NCBI GenBank assembly: GCA_964016885.1
Contig: OZ024744.1
Location: forward strand, 434,001-498,000
Direction of reading: 5' to 3'
DNA from: Eledone cirrhosa
Lineage: Eukaryota
DNA: 64,000 bases
The translations under genes and the position numbers were made by a program. This document shows positions 14,401-27,395 of this stretch, piece by piece; the stretch's first letter is position 1, and every line of letters starts with the position of its first letter. The notes beneath the pieces are model-generated. The model saw nothing but the letters and a program-made list of their open reading frames with translations, did no database searches and was not told the origin of the DNA.

Positions 14401-17400
14401 ACTTCGTTCTTCACCAAGCTATCTTTCTCTACCTTGTCTTCCCCCAAAACATCGTTCTTCACCAAGCTATCTTTCTCTACCTTGTCTTCCCTCAAAACTT
14501 CGTTATTCACCAAGCTATCTTTCTCTACCTTGCCTTCCTGCAAAACTTCGTTCTTCATCAAGCTATCTTTCTCTACTTTGTCTTCCCTCAAAACGTCGTT
14601 CTTCACCAAGCTATCTTTCTCTACCTTGTCTTCCCTCAAAACTTCGTTCTTGATCAAGCTATCTTACTCTACCTTGTCTTCCCTCAAAACTTCGTTCTTC
14701 ATCAAGCTATCTTTCTCTACCTTGTCTTCCCTCAAAACTTCGTTCTTCACCAAGCTATCTTTCTCTACCTTGTCTTCCCTCAAAACTTTCGTTCTTCACC
14801 AAGCTATCTTTCTCTACCTTTTTATCCCCCAAAACTCCGTTCTTCACCAAACTATCTTTCTCTACCTTGTCTTCCCTCAAAACTTCGTTCTTCACCAAGC
14901 TATCTGTCTCCATCTTGTCTTCCCTCAAAACTCCGTTCTTCATCAAGCTATCTTTCTCTACCTTGTCTTCCCTCAAAACTTCGTTCTTGATCAAGCTATC
15001 TTTCTCTACTTTGCATTCCCTCAAAACTTCGTTCTTCACCAAGCTATCTTTCTCTACCTTGTCTTCCCCCAAAACTTCGTTCTTCACCAAGCTATCTTTC
15101 TCTACCTTGTCTTCCCACAAAACGTCGTTCTTCACCAAGCTATCTTTCTCTACCTTTTTTTCCCCCAAAACTTCGTTCTTCACCAAACTATCTTTCTCTA
15201 CCTTGTCTTCCCTCAAAACATCGTTCTTCACCAAGCTATCTGTCTCTACCTTGTCTTCTCCCAAAACTTCGTTATTCACCAAGCTATCTTTCTCTACCTT
15301 GTCTTCCCCCAAAACTTCGTTGTTCACCAAGCTATCTTTCTCTACCTCGTGTTCCCCCAAAACTTCGTTCTTCACCAAGCTATCTTTCTCTACCTTGTCT
15401 TCCCCCAAAACTTCGTTCTTCACCAAGCTATCTTTCTCTACCTTGTCTTCCCACAAAACTTCGTTCTTCACCAAGCTATCTTTCTCTACCTTGTCTTCCC
15501 ACAAAACGTCGTTCTTCACCAAGCTATCTTTCTCTACCTTGTCTTCCGTCAAAACTTCGTTCTTCACCAAGATATCTTTCTCTACCTTGTCTTCTCCCAA
15601 AACTTCGTTCTTCACCAAGCTATCTTTCTCTACCTTGTCTTCCCTCAGAACTTCGTTCTTCAACAAGCTATCTTTCTCTACCTTGTCTTCCCCCAAAACT
15701 TCGTTCTTCACCAAGCTATCTTTCTCTACATTGTCTTCCCCAAAACTTCGTTCTTCACCAAGCTATCTTTCTCTACCTTGTCTTCCCTCAAAAAGTCGTT
15801 CTTCACCAAGCTATCTTTCTCTACCTTGTCTTCTCCCAAAACTTCGTTATTCACCAAGCTATCTTTCTCTACCTTGTCTTCCCTCAAACCTTCGTTCTTC
15901 ACCAAGCTATCTTTCTCTACCTTGTCTTCCCCCAAAACTTCGTTCTTCACCAAGCTATCTTTCTCTACATTGTCTTCCCCAAAACTTCGTTCTTCACCAA
16001 GCTATCTTTCTCTACCTTGTCTTCCCCCAAAACTTCGTTGTTCACCAAGCTATCTTTCTCTACCTCGTCTTCCCCCAAAACTTCGTTCTTCACCAAGCTA
16101 TCTTTCTCTACCTTGTCTTCCCCCAAAACTTCGTTCTTCACCAAGCTATCTTTCTCTACCTTGTCTTCCCACAAAACTTCGTTCTTCACCAAGCTATCTT
16201 TCTCTACCTTGTCTTCCCACAAAACTTCGTTCTTCACCAAGCTATCTTTCTCTACCTTGTCTTCCCACAAAACGTCGTTCTTCACCAAGCTATCTTTCTC
16301 TACCTTGTCTTCCGTCAAAACTTCGTTCTTCACCAAGATATCTTTCTCTACCTTGTCTTCTCCCAAAACTTCGTTCTTCACCAAGCTATCTTTCTCTACC
16401 TTGTCTTCCCTCAGAACTTCGTTCTTCAACAAGCTATCTTTCTCTACCTTGTCTTCCCCCAAAACTTCGTTCTTCACCAAGCTATCTTTCTCTACATTGT
16501 CTTCCCCAAAACTTCGTTCTTCACCAAGCTATCTTTCTCTACCTTGTCTTCCCTCAAAAAGTCGTTCTTCACCAAGCTATCTTTCTCTACCTTGTCTTCT
16601 CCCAAAACTTCGTTATTCACCAAGCTATCTTTCTCTACCTTGTCTTCCCTCAAACCTTCGTTCTTCACCAAGCTATCTTTCTCTACCTTGTCTTCCCCCA
16701 AAACTTCGTTCTTCACCAAGCTATCTTTCTCTACATTGTCTTCCCCAAAACTTCGTTGTTCACCAAGCTATCTTTCTCTACCTTGTCTTCCCCCAAAACT
16801 TCGTTGTTCACCAAGCTATCTTTCTCTACCTCGTCTTCCCCCAAAACTTCGTTCTTCACCAAGCTATCTTTCTCTACCTTGTCTTCCCCCAAAACTTCGT
16901 TCTTCACCAAGCTATCTTTCTCTACCTTGTCTTCCCACAAAACTTCGTTCTTCACCAAGCTATCTTTCTCTACCTTGTCTTCCCACAAAACGTCGTTCTT
17001 CACCAAGCTATCTTTCTCTACCTTGTCTTCCCTCAAAACTTCGTTCTTCACCAAGCTATCTTTCTCTACCTTGTCTTCCCCCAAAACTTCGTTCTTCACC
17101 AAGCTATCTTTCTCTACCTTGTCTTCTCTCAAAACTTCGTTCTTCACCAAGCTATCTTTTTCGACCTTGTCTTCCCCCAAAACTTCGTTATTCACCAAGC
17201 TATCTTTCTCTACCTTGTCTTTCCTCAAAACTTCGTTCTTCACCAAGCTATCTTTCTCTACATTGTCTTCCCACAAAACGTCATTCTTCACCAAGCTATC
17301 TTTCTCTACCTTGTCTTCCGTCAAAACTTCGTTCTTCACCAAGCTACCTTTCTCTACCTTGTCTTCCCTCAAAACGTCGTTCTTCACCAAGCTATCTTTC

Positions 17401-20400
17401 TCTACCTTGTCCTCCCACAAAACTTCGTTCTTCACCAAGCTATCTTACTCTACCTTGTCTTCCCCCAAAACTTCGTTCTTCGCAAGCTATCTTTCTCTAC
17501 CTTGTCTTCCGTCGAAACTTCGTTCTTCACCAAGCTATCTTTCTCTACCTTGTCTTCCCTCAGAACTTCGTTCTTCACCAAGCTATCTTTCTCTACCTTG
17601 TCTTCCCCCAAAACTTCGTTCTTCACCAAGCTATCTTTCTCTACATTGTCTTCCCCAAAACTTCGTTCTTCACCAAGCTATCTTTCTCTACCTTGTCTTC
17701 CCTCAAAACGTCGTTCTTGACCAAGCTATCTTTCTCTACCTTGTCTTCCCCCAAAACTTCGTTCTTCACCAAGCTATCTTTATCTACCTTGTCTTCCCCC
17801 AAAACTTCGTTCTTCACCAAGTCATCTTTCTCTACCTTGTCATCCCACAAAACGTCGTTCTTCACCAAGCTATCTTTCTCTATTTTGTCTTCCCTCAAAA
17901 CGTCGTTCTTCACCAAGCTATCTTTCTCTACCTTGTCTTCCCTCAAAATTTCGTTCTTCACCAAGCTATCTTTCTCGACCTTGTCTTCTCCCAAAACTTC
18001 GTTATTCACCAAGCTATCTTTCTCTACCTTGTCTTCGCCCAAAACTTCGTTATTCACCAAGCTATCTTTCGCTACCTTGTCTTCCCTCAAAACTTCGTTC
18101 TTCACCAAACTATCTTTCTCTACCTTGTCTTCCCTCAAAACATCGTTCTTCACCAAGCTATCTGTCTCTACCTTGTCTTCTCCCAAAACTTCGTTATTCA
18201 CCAAGCTATCTTTCTCTACCTTGTCTTCCCCCAAAACTTCGTTGTTCACCAAGCTATCTTTCTCTACCTCGTGTTCCCCCAAAACTTCGTTCTTCACCAA
18301 GCTATCTTTCTCTACCTTGTCTTCCCCCAAAACTTCGTTCTTCACCAAGCTATCTTTCTCTACCTTGTCTTCCCACAAAACTTCGTTCTTCACCAAGCTA
18401 TCTTTCTCTACCTTGTCTTCCCACAAAACGTCGTTCTTCACCAAGCTATCTTTCTCTACCTTGTCTTCCGTCAAAACTTCGTTCTTCACCAAGATATCTT
18501 TCTCTACCTTGTCTTCTCCCAAAACTTCGTTCTTCACCAAGCTATCTTTCTCTACCTTGTCTTCCCTCAGAACTTCGTTCTTCAACAAGCTATCTTTCTC
18601 TACCTTGTCTTCCCCCAAAACTTCGTTCTTCACCAAGCTATCTTTCTCTACATTGTCTTCCCCAAAACTTCGTTCTTCACCAAGCTATCTTTCTCTACCT
18701 TGTCTTCCCTCAAAAAGTCGTTCTTCACCAAGCTATCTTTCTCTACCTTGTCTTCTCCCAAAACTTCGTTATTCACCAAGCTATCTTTCTCTACCTTGTC
18801 TTCCCTCAAACCTTCGTTCTTCACCAAGCTATCTTTCTCTACCTTGTCTTCCCCCAAAACTTCGTTCTTCACCAAGCTATCTTTCTCTACATTGTCTTCC
18901 CCAAAACTTCGTTCTTCACCAAGCTATCTTTCTCTACCTTGTCTTCCCCCAAAACTTCGTTGTTCACCAAGCTATCTTTCTCTACCTCGTCTTCCCCCAA
19001 AACTTCGTTCTTCACCAAGCTATCTTTCTCTACCTTGTCTTCCCCCAAAACTTCGTTCTTCACCAAGCTATCTTTCTCTACCTTGTCTTCCCACAAAACT
19101 TCGTTCTTCACCAAGCTATCTTTCTCTACCTTGTCTTCCCACAAAACTTCGTTCTTCACCAAGCTATCTTTCTCTACCTTGTCTTCCCACAAAACGTCGT
19201 TCTTCACCAAGCTATCTTTCTCTACCTTGTCTTCCGTCAAAACTTCGTTCTTCACCAAGATATCTTTCTCTACCTTGTCTTCTCCCAAAACTTCGTTCTT
19301 CACCAAGCTATCTTTCTCTACCTTGTCTTCCCTCAGAACTTCGTTCTTCAACAAGCTATCTTTCTCTACCTTGTCTTCCCCCAAAACTTCGTTCTTCACC
19401 AAGCTATCTTTCTCTACATTGTCTTCCCCAAAACTTCGTTCTTCACCAAGCTATCTTTCTCTACCTTGTCTTCCCTCAAAAAGTCGTTCTTCACCAAGCT
19501 ATCTTTCTCTACCTTGTCTTCTCCCAAAACTTCGTTATTCACCAAGCTATCTTTCTCTACCTTGTCTTCCCTCAAACCTTCGTTCTTCACCAAGCTATCT
19601 TTCTCTACCTTGTCTTCCCCCAAAACTTCGTTCTTCACCAAGCTATCTTTCTCTACATTGTCTTCCCCAAAACTTCGTTCTTCACCAAGCTATCTTTCTC
19701 TACCTTGTCTTCCCCCAAAACTTCGTTGTTCACCAAGCTATCTTTCTCTACCTCGTCTTCCCCCAAAACTTCGTTCTTCACCAAGCTATCTTTCTCTACC
19801 TTGTCTTCCCCCAAAACTTCGTTCTTCACCAAGCTATCTTTCTCTACCTTGTCTTCCCACAAAACTTCGTTCTTCACCAAGCTATCTTTCTCTACCTTGT
19901 CTTCCCACAAAACGTCGTTCTTCACCAAGCTATCTTTCTCTACCTTGTCTTCCCTCAAAACTTCGTTCTTCACCAAGCTATCTTTCTCTACCTTGTCTTC
20001 CCCCAAAACTTCGTTCTTCACCAAGCTATCTTTCTCTACCTTGTCTTCTCTCAAAACTTCGTTCTTCACCAAGCTATCTTTTTCGACCTTGTCTTCCCCC
20101 AAAACTTCGTTATTCACCAAGCTATCTTTCTCTACCTTGTCTTTCCTCAAAACTTCGTTCTTCACCAAGCTATCTTTCTCTACATTGTCTTCCCACAAAA
20201 CGTCATTCTTCACCAAGCTATCTTTCTCTACCTTGTCTTCCGTCAAAACTTCGTTCTTCACCAAGCTACCTTTCTCTACCTTGTCTTCCCTCAAAACGTC
20301 GTTCTTCACCAAGCTATCTTTCTCTACCTTGTCCTCCCACAAAACTTCGTTCTTCACCAAGCTATCTTACTCTACCTTGTCTTCCCCCAAAACTTCGTTC

Positions 20401-23400
20401 TTCGCAAGCTATCTTTCTCTACCTTGTCTTCCGTCGAAACTTCGTTCTTCACCAAGCTATCTTTCTCTACCTTGTCTTCCCTCAGAACTTCGTTCTTCAC
20501 CAAGCTATCTTTCTCTACCTTGTCTTCCCCCAAAACTTCGTTCTTCACCAAGCTATCTTTCTCTACATTGTCTTCCCCAAAACTTCGTTCTTCACCAAGC
20601 TATCTTTCTCTACCTTGTCTTCCCTCAAAACGTCGTTCTTGACCAAGCTATCTTTCTCTACCTTGTCTTCCCCCAAAACTTCGTTCTTCACCAAGCTATC
20701 TTTATCTACCTTGTCTTCCCCCAAAACTTCGTTCTTCACCAAGTCATCTTTCTCTACCTTGTCATCCCACAAAACGTCGTTCTTCACCAAGCTATCTTTC
20801 TCTATTTTGTCTTCCCTCAAAACGTCGTTCTTCACCAAGCTATCTTTCTCTACCTTGTCTTCCCTCAAAATTTCGTTCTTCACCAAGCTATCTTTCTCGA
20901 CCTTGTCTTCTCCCAAAACTTCGTTATTCACCAAGCTATCTTTCTCTACCTTGTCTTCGCCCAAAACTTCGTTATTCACCAAGCTATCTTTCGCTACCTT
21001 GTCTTCCCTCAAAACTTCGTTCTTCACCAAGCTATCTTTCTCTACCTTGTCTTCCCCCAAAACTTCGTTCTTCACCAAGCTATCTTTCTCTACCTTGTCT
21101 TCTCCCAAAACTTCGTTATTCACCAAGCTATCTTTCTCTACCTTGTCTTCCCTCAAAACTTCGTTCTTCACCAAGCTATCTTTCTCTAGCTTGTCTTCAC
21201 ACAAAACTTCGTTCTTCACCAAGCTATCTTTCTCTACCTTGTCTTCCCACAAAACGTCATTCTTCACCAAGCTATCTTTCTCTACCTTGTCTTCCGTCAA
21301 AACTTCGTTCTTCACCAAGATATCTTTCTCTACCTTGTCTTCTCCCAAAACTTCGTTCTTCACCAAGCTATCTTTCTCTACCTTGTCTTCCCTCAGAACT
21401 TCGTTTTCACCAAGCTATCTTTCTCTACCTTGTCTTCCCCCAAAACTTCGTTCTTCACCAAGCTATCTTTCTCTACATTGTCTTCCCCAAAACTTCGTTC
21501 TTCACCAAGCTATCTTTCACGACCTTGTCTTCCCTCAAAACGTCGTTCTTCACCAAGCTATCTTTCTCTACCTTGTCTTCCCCCAAAACTTCGTTCTTCA
21601 CCAAGCTATCTTTCTCTACCTTGTCTTCCCCCAAAACTTCGTTCTTCACCAAGCTATCTTTCTCTACCTCGTCTTCCCTCAAAACTTCGTTCTTCACCAA
21701 GCTATCTTTCTCTACCTTGTCTTCCCCCAAAACTTTGTTCTTCACCAAGCTATCTTTCTCTACCTTGTCTTCCCCCAAAACTTCGTTCTTCACCAAGCTA
21801 TCTTTCTCTACCTTGTCTTCCCCTAAAACTTCGTTCTTCACCAAGCTATCTTTCTCTAGCTTGTCTTCATACAAAACTTCGTTCTTCACCAAGCTATCTT
21901 TCTCTACCTTGTCTTCCCACAAAACGTCATTCTTCACCAAGCTATCTTTCTCTACCTTGTCTTCCGTCAAAACTTCGTTCTTCACCAAGCTATCTTTCTC
22001 TAACTTGTCTTCCCTCAAAACGTCGTTCTTCACCAAGCTATCTTTCTCTACCTTGTCTTCCCCCAAAACTTCGTTCTTCACCAAGCTATCTTTCTCTACC
22101 TTGTCTTCCCCCAAAACTTCGTTCTTCACCAAGCTATCTTTCTCTACCTTGTCTTCCCCCAAAACTTCGTTGTTCACCAAGCTATCTTTCTCTACCTCGT
22201 CTTCCCCCAAAACTTCGTTCTTCACCAAGCTATCTTTCTCTACCTTGTCTTCCCCCAAAACTTCGTTCTTCACCAAGCTATCTTTCTCTACCTTGTCTTC
22301 CCACAAAACTTCGTTCTTCACCAAGCTATCTTTCTCTACCTTGTCTTCCCTCAAAACTTCGTTCTTCACCAAGCTATCTTTCTCTACCTTGTCTTCCCCG
22401 AAAACATCGTTCTTCACCAAGCTATCTTTCTCTACCTTGTCTTCCCTCAAAACTTCGTTATTCACCAAGCTATCTTTCTCTACCTTGACTTCCTGCAAAA
22501 CTTCGTTCTTCATCAAGCTATCTTTCTCTACTTTGTCTTCCCTCAAAACGTCGTTCTTCACCAAGCTATCTTTCTCTACCTTGTCTTCCCTCAAAACTTC
22601 GTTCTTGATCAAGCTATCTTACTCTACCTTGTCTTCCCTCAAAACTTCGTTCTTCATCAAGCTATCTTTCTCTACCTTGTCTTCCCTCAAAACTTCGTTC
22701 TTCACCAAGCTATCTTTCTCTACCTTGTCTTCCCTCAAAACTTCGTTCTTCACCAAGCTATCTTTCTCTACCTTTTTTTCCCCCAAAACTCCGTTCTTCA
22801 CCAAACTATCTTTCTCTACCTTGTCTTCCCTCAAAACTTCGTTCTTCACCAAGCTATCTTTCTCCATCTTGTCTTCCCTCAAAACTCCGTTCTTCATCAA
22901 GCTATCTTTCTCTACCTTGTCTTCCCTCAAAACTTCGTTCTTGATCAAGCTATCTTTCTCTACTTTGCATTCCCTCAAAACTTCGTTCTTCACCAAGCTA
23001 TCTTTCTCTACCTTGTCTTCCCCCAAAACTTCGTTCTTCACCAAGCTATCTTTCTCTACCTTGTCTTCCCACAAAACGTCGTTCTTCACCAAGCTATCTT
23101 TCTCTACCTTTTTTTCCCCCAAAACTTCGTTCTTCACCAAACTATCTTTCTCTACCTTGTCTTCCCTCAAAACATCGTTCTTCACCAAGCTATCTGTCTC
23201 TACCTTGTCTTCTCCCAAAACTTCGTTATTCACCAAGCTATCTTTCTCTACCTTGTCTTCCCCCAAAACTTCGTTGTTCACCAAGCTATCTTTCTCTACC
23301 TCGTGTTCCCCCAAAACTTCGTTCTTCACCAAGCTATCTTTCTCTACCTTGTCTTCCCCCAAAACTTCGTTCTTCACCAAGCTATCTTTCTCCATCTTGT

Positions 23401-25000
23401 CTTCCCACAAAACTTCGTTCTTCACCAAGCTATCTTTATCTACCTTGTCTTCCCACAAAACGTCGTTCTTCACCAAGCTATCTTTCTCTACCTTGTCTTC
23501 CGTCAAAACTTCGTTCTTCACCAAGATATCTTTCTCTACCTTGTCTTCTCCCAAAACTTCGTTCTTCACCAAGCTATCTTTCTCTACCTTGTCTTCCCTC
23601 AGAACTTCGTTCTTCAACAAGCTATCTTTCTCTACCTTGTCTTCCCCCAAAACTTCGTTCTTCACCAAGCTATCTTTCTCTACATTGTCTTCCCCAAAAC
23701 TTCGTTCTTCACCAAGCTATCTTTCTCTACCTTGTCTTCCCTCAAAAAGTCGTTCTTCACCAAGCTATCTTTCTCTACCTTGTCTTCTCCCAAAACTTCG
23801 TTATTCACCAAGCTATCTTTCTCTACCTTGTCTTCCCTCAAACCTTCGTTCTTCACCAAGCTATCTTTCTCTACCTTGTCTTCCCCCAAAACTTCGTTCT
23901 TCACCAAGCTATCTTTCTCTACATTGTCTTCCCCAAAACTTCGTTCTTCACCAAGCTATCTTTCTCTACCTTGTCTTCCCCCAAAACTTCGTTGTTCACC
24001 AAGCTATCTTTCTCTACCTCGTCTTCCCCCAAAACTTCGTTCTTCACCAAGCTATCTTTCTCTACCTTGTCTTCCCCCAAAACTTCGTTCTTCACCAAGC
24101 TATCTTTCTCTACCTTGTCTTCCCACAAAACTTCGTTCTTCACCAAGCTATCTTTCTCTACCTTGTCTTCCCACAAAACGTCGTTCTTCACCAAGCTATC
24201 TTTCTCTACCTTGTCTTCCCCCAAAACTTCGTTCTTCACCAAGCTATCTTTCTCTACCTTGTCTTCCCACAAAACTTCGTTCTTCACCAAGCTATCTGTC
24301 TCTACCTTGTCTTCTCCCAAAACTTCGTTATTCACCAAGCTATCTTTCTCTACCTTGTCTTCCCCCAAAACTTCGTTGTTCACCAAGCTATCTTTCTCTA
24401 CCTCGTGTTCCCCCAAAACTTCGTTCTTCACCAAGCTATCTTTCTCCATCTTGTCTTCCCACAAAACTTCGTTCTTCACCAAGCTATCTTTATCTACCTT
24501 GTCTTCCCACAAAACGTCGTTCTTCACCAAGCTATCTTTCTCTACCTTGTCTTCCGTCAAAACTTCGTTCTTCACCAAGATATCTTTCTCTACCTTGTCT
24601 TCTCCCAAAACTTCGTTCTTCACCAAGCTATCTTTCTCTACCTTGTCTTCCCTCAGAACTTCGTTCTTCAACAAGCTATCTTTCTCTACCTTGTCTTCCC
24701 CCAAAACTTCGTTCTTCACCAAGCTATCTTTCTCTACATTGTCTTCCCCAAAACTTCGTTCTTCACCAAGCTATCTTTCTCTACCTTGTCTTCCCTCAAA
24801 AAGTCGTTCTTCACCAAGCTATCTTTCTCTACCTTGTCTTCTCCCAAAACTTCGTTATTCACCAAGCTATCTTTCTATACCTTGTCTTCCCTCAAACCTT
24901 CGTTCTTCACCAAGCTATCTTTCTCTACCTTGTCTTCCCCCAAAACTTCGTTCTTCACCAAGCTATCTTTCTCTACATTGTCTTCCCCAAAACTTCGTTC
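14400..25000 (-). repeat. Left-arm variant domain B (HOR periods about 766, 2922 and 7954 bp)
   Basis: Different diagnostic variants: TTCCGTC, CTCAGAAC, CAAGATATC, TTCGTTATT/TTCGTTGTT, 47-bp ACATTGTCTTCCCC monomer. Offsets 15726/16492 (766), 15726/18648 and 16017/18939 (2922), 15726/23680 (7954). Confidence 0.8.
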
Positions 25001-25200
25001 NNNNNNNNNNNNNNNNNNNNNNNNNNNNNNNNNNNNNNNNNNNNNNNNNNNNNNNNNNNNNNNNNNNNNNNNNNNNNNNNNNNNNNNNNNNNNNNNNNNN
25101 NNNNNNNNNNNNNNNNNNNNNNNNNNNNNNNNNNNNNNNNNNNNNNNNNNNNNNNNNNNNNNNNNNNNNNNNNNNNNNNNNNNNNNNNNNNNNNNNNNNN
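25001..25200. other. Assembly gap (200 N)
   Basis: Exactly 200 consecutive N. A fixed-size spacer like this is typical of scaffolding joins. Confidence 0.99.
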
Positions 25201-25465
25201 CAATATACCACACCACAATACAATATGCCACACTACAGTACCATGTACCACACTACACTATACTACACCACACTACAATATATCACACTATAGTACAATA
25301 TACCACACTACACTATAATATACCACACTATAGTACAGTATAACACACTACAATACACCACACTATAATATATCACACCACAATACAATATGCCACACTA
25401 TAGTACTATGTATCATACCACACTACAATATGCCACTCTATAATACCATGTAACACAACACACTA
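25201..25465 (+). repeat. Degenerate pentanucleotide microsatellite (CACTA/CAATA/TACCA/CACCA)n
   Basis: Parses in 5-bp register: caata tacca cacca caata caata tgcca cacta cagta ... Confidence 0.85.
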
Positions 25466-25499
25466 CAAAACCAATTACAATAACATTTCCAGTAACACC

Positions 25500-26286
25500 A
25501 CAGCATCATATGGTTCAAAACTAACAACAACTCTAACCCTAACATCAACACCAACAACGCAACCAACAACAACACCAGAAATAAATATATGTTTAACAGC
25601 ACCACCAACATCGCCAATAACATTGTCAACACCAACAATACCAGCAAAAACAACAACACCATCAACAACAACACCATTATCAACAACAACAACAACACCA
25701 AAACCAGGAAAAACACCACCACCAACACCACCAACACCACCACCACCAACACTACCTACAACAACATCACCAACAGCGACACAACACCACCAACAACAAC
25801 ACCACCAACAACACCAACAACAACACCACCAACAACACCACCAACACCACCAACAACACCAACAACAACACCACCAACAACACCACCAACACCACCAACA
25901 ACACCAACAACACAACCACCAACACCACCAACACCACCACCACCAAAAACACCAACACCAACACCAAGAACACCTCCACCAACAACACCAATAACAACAA
26001 CACCACCACCACCAACAACAACACCACCACCAACACCAACACCAACAAGAACACCACCACCAACAACACCAACAACAACACCACCACCACCACCACCAAC
26101 ACCAACATGAACACCACCACCAACAACACCAACAACAACACCACTACCACCACCAACACCACCACCAACAACACCAAAAACAACACCACCAACAACACCA
26201 CCACCACCACCAACACTACCACCAACAACACCACCACCACCACCAACACTACGACCAACAACACCAACAACAACACCAACAACAAC

Positions 26287-26318
<32 letters not shown>

Positions 26319-26931
26319 CACCAACAGCAACACCACCACCAACAGCACCACCAACAACACCACCACCACCACCAACACCAACAAGAACACCACCACCAAC
26401 AACACCAACAACAACACCACCACCACCATCAACACCACCACCAACACTACCACCAACAACACCAACAACAACATCAACAATAACACCACCACCACCATCA
26501 CCCCCACCAACAACAACACCACCAACACCTCCACCAACAACACCACCACCAACAACAACAACCACACCACCACCACCACCAACAACAACACCAACAACAA
26601 CAACACCACCACCACCACCACCACCAACACCACCACCAACAACACCAACAACAACACCACCACCACCATCAACACCACCACCAACAACACCAACAACAAC
26701 ACCACCAACAACACCACCAACACCACCAACACCACCACCAACAACACCACCAACACCACCACCACCAACACCGCCACCAACAACACCAACAACAACACCA
26801 CCACCACCACCACCACCAACAACAACACCAACAACAACACCACCACCACCACCAACACCACCACCAACACCACCAACAACAACACCAACACCACCACCAA
26901 CACCACCACCAACACCACCACCAACACCACC
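25500..26931 (+). repeat. Compound trinucleotide microsatellite (CAA/CAC)n, about 1.4 kb
   Basis: Nearly pure mixed CAA and CAC triplets from about 25640. More degenerate from 25500 to 25640. Almost no G on the + strand. Confidence 0.95.
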
Positions 26932-26939
26932 AGTCTTCC

Positions 26940-27065
26940 ACTCACTCAGTGTCTGTCTCTCACTCTTTCTCTCTCAATCTTTTCCCATCTTCTTGTATCT
27001 CTCTCTTCCGCCGTCTTTCTATCCGTCTGTCTATCTGCTTGTCTCTCACTCTCTCTCTGTATATG

Positions 27066-27148
<83 letters not shown>

Positions 27149-27365
27149 ATCTCTCTCTCTATCTCTCCCTCTCTCTCTCTCTCTGTCTCTCTCTCTCTCT
27201 GTATGTCTCTCTGACTCTCTCTCTCTCTCTCTCTCACTCACTCTCTCTCTCTCTTTTTCTATCTGGTCAAATCTCTCTCTCCCACCATATTTCTATCTGA
27301 CTGTCAGTCTCTCTGTCTCTCTGTCTCTCTTTCTCACTCAGTCCCTTTCCACCTATATCTTTCTT
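26940..27365 (+). repeat. (CT)n microsatellite with degenerate flanks
   Basis: Perfect (CT)n core at about 27070-27142, with CT/CTGT/CTAT-rich flanks. Confidence 0.95.
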
Positions 27366-27368
27366 TGA

Positions 27369-27395
27369 ATATATATATCATCATCATCATCATCA
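27369..27395 (-). repeat. (GAT)n 3' tail of the RTE element abutting a short (AT)5
   Basis: atatatatat(catcat...) on +, which reads ...GTTGATGATGATGATGATGAT-ATATAT on -. Short tandem-repeat tails are typical of RTE-clade LINEs. Confidence 0.8.

Larger units (their letters stand above)
1..25000 (-). repeat. 48-bp satellite array, left arm (purine-rich strand on minus), about 520 monomers
   Basis: Continuous tandem copies of CCTCAAAACTTCGTTCTTCACCAAGCTATCTTTCTCTACCTTGTCTTC with point variants and 47/52-bp indel monomers. Runs from the window edge to the N gap. Confidence 0.98.

Noticed and set aside
35-25343. Very long + strand ORFs (up to 3105 aa) such as 11872..21189
   Set aside because: Artefacts of a 48-bp unit with no stop codons on the pyrimidine strand. 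They overlap in all three frames, switch peptide type at each indel and mostly start at TTG.
25201-25465. Telomere-like repeat next to the gap
   Set aside because: The units are heterogeneous pentamers (CACTA/CAATA/TACCA), not (CCCTAA)n or (CCTAA)n.
25438-27368. Thr/Pro/Asn-rich mucin-like, Gly/Val-rich and Ser/Leu or Arg/Glu ORFs
   Set aside because: These are translations of (CAA/CAC)n and (CT)n microsatellites, open in several frames, with no non-repetitive coding context.
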